A DNA stretch of 47,004 bases from Campylobacterales bacterium (lineage in GTDB: Bacteria; Campylobacterota; Campylobacteria; Campylobacterales; Sulfurimonadaceae): the NCBI GenBank assembly GCA_038205935.1, contig JBBRBK010000008.1:1-47004 (forward strand), in the 5' to 3' direction. A model generated the notes under the pieces. It was not told the origin of the DNA and did no database searches. It was given only the letters and a program-made list of their open reading frames with translations. Below are positions 45,983-47,004 of this stretch, piece after piece. A program made the position numbers and the translations under genes. The number at the start of each line of letters is the position of its first letter. Position 1 is the stretch's first letter.

Positions 45983-47004
45983 AGTCGTGCCATCAAGCCA
46001 ATCTTTCGCTATTGCTATAAAAAATACCTTCGAAGAGTGGCTAGCAAAAGATGCACCGACGCTAATCTACATGGCAAAAGCGACAATCGCCGCTTTACTT
46101 GCGATGTTCGTTTCTATGACTCTTACATTAGCAGATCCAAGAACAGCGATGTTTACGACGTTTATCGTTATGCAACCTCAAACAGGTCTTGTTTTTTCTA
46201 AAAGCTATTATCGTGTTCTTGGCACAGTCGCAGGTGTTATAGTTTCACTTTTGATGATTGGAGCATTTGCACAAGATCCTAAGTGGTTTATTGCCTTCTT
46301 TGCGATTTGGATTGGGATAACTACCGCAGCGGGTGTTAAGTATAGAAATTTTCAGTCTTACGGCTTTGTTTTGGCGGGATATACTTTGTGTATCGTAGCG
46401 CTTCCCGTTATTGAGCAACCGATGGAGATATTTCAGATCGCTACTTCGCGCTTTTCAGAAGTTATGGTGGGAATACTCTGTGCGACTGCCGTGAGTGAAT
46501 TACTTTTTCCAAGAAAGCTTTCTGATTCCCTGCTTTCAAGTGAAAGGGAAAGATTTGAGAATGTTTTTGCATCACTTGGAAATATTTCTTCACTCTTTGG
46601 AGCACAAGACACCAAAGATGCCGATGTAGTCAAGTTTTCAAGCGGAGTTGTCGGTGTCCATGCCATTGCGGTAAACAGTGCTTTTGAAAGTGCAACAGAT
46701 AAACGAAACAGACTTTATCTTGAACAGTTAAACTTGGAGTTTATGCATCTTTCAACAACTTTTCATTCACTCAAAAATATTATAAGAGATATAGAACTGC
46801 GTGCCTCAGCTCAAACTGTTGATGCCCTAAAAGAACTCTATATTCCCTTTGCAAAAGTGCTTCAAAGTATTCCTAAGTTAGATGATGCGGGCTTTTTTGC
46901 TATGCTAAACCAACTCAAAGAGTTAAAGCAAAGCACACACTCTCAGGTGCCAATAAATTTAAAAAGTGATGAATATGATGCATTTAATTCTGCAGCTTAT
47001 CTCG
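45969..47004 (+). CDS. FUSC-family (aromatic acid / fusaric acid exporter) inner-membrane protein, 3'-truncated by the window
   Basis: Not in the ORF track because it has no stop in the window. GAGGA RBS, then MYLSKVVP...AKATIAALLAMFVS...PRTAMFTTFIVMQPQTGLVFSKSYYRVLGTVAG...YGFVLAGYT. Confidence 0.88.
   Translation, partial: MYLSKVVPSSQSFAIAIKNTFEEWLAKDAPTLIYMAKATIAALLAMFVSMTLTLADPRTAMFTTFIVMQPQTGLVFSKSYYRVLGTVAGVIVSLLMIGAFAQDPKWFIAFFAIWIGITTAAGVKYRNFQSYGFVLAGYTLCIVALPVIEQPMEIFQIATSRFSEVMVGILCATAVSELLFPRKLSDSLLSSERERFENVFASLGNISSLFGAQDTKDADVVKFSSGVVGVHAIAVNSAFESATDKRNRLYLEQLNLEFMHLSTTFHSLKNIIRDIELRASAQTVDALKELYIPFAKVLQSIPKLDDAGFFAMLNQLKELKQSTHSQVPINLKSDEYDAFNSAAYL

Noticed and set aside
54..46666. 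Many short ORFs in the track that overlap larger genes (e.g. 54-311, 878-1198, 1062-1400, 5813-6139, 18318-18803, 29038-29373, 41813-42220, 46433-46666)
   Set aside because: They are antisense or alternate-frame shadows of well-supported genes, with no recognisable motifs.
1..47004. tRNA, rRNA, transposase, integrase, prophage or defence genes
   Set aside because: None was recognisable. Intergenic gaps are short, and I saw no cloverleaf or T-loop signature.

Overview
An AT-rich (roughly 35% GC by eye), gene-dense chromosomal segment from a Campylobacterota bacterium, most like Sulfurimonas or a relative. The assignment rests on nth/peb4/fba, fabZ-lpxA-clpX-mreBC-carB synteny, a UPF0323 lipoprotein next to a GSP-synthase gene, and a long QueH. 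It holds about 42 protein genes: housekeeping genes, several signalling genes (GGDEF, two tandem hybrid kinases, a heme-c chemoreceptor, a two-component pair), a 7-gene Tat-exported molybdopterin oxidoreductase operon resembling sulfur/polysulfide reductases, an OlsF-like ornithine-lipid synthase, batABD-like genes and an AraC-linked efflux module. I found no rRNA, tRNA, CRISPR array or transposase. The most unusual signal is non-genic. The palindrome TTACATGTAA occurs 10 times exactly (the TACATGTA core 18 times), mostly inside less conserved genes. A related family of 18-bp in-frame units appears to be inserted into that palindrome in two unrelated genes. Also noted: a 58-aa ORF missed by the ORF track, an AroE-like pseudoenzyme in the reductase operon, and three probable leaderless genes. 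All motif counts were made by eye.
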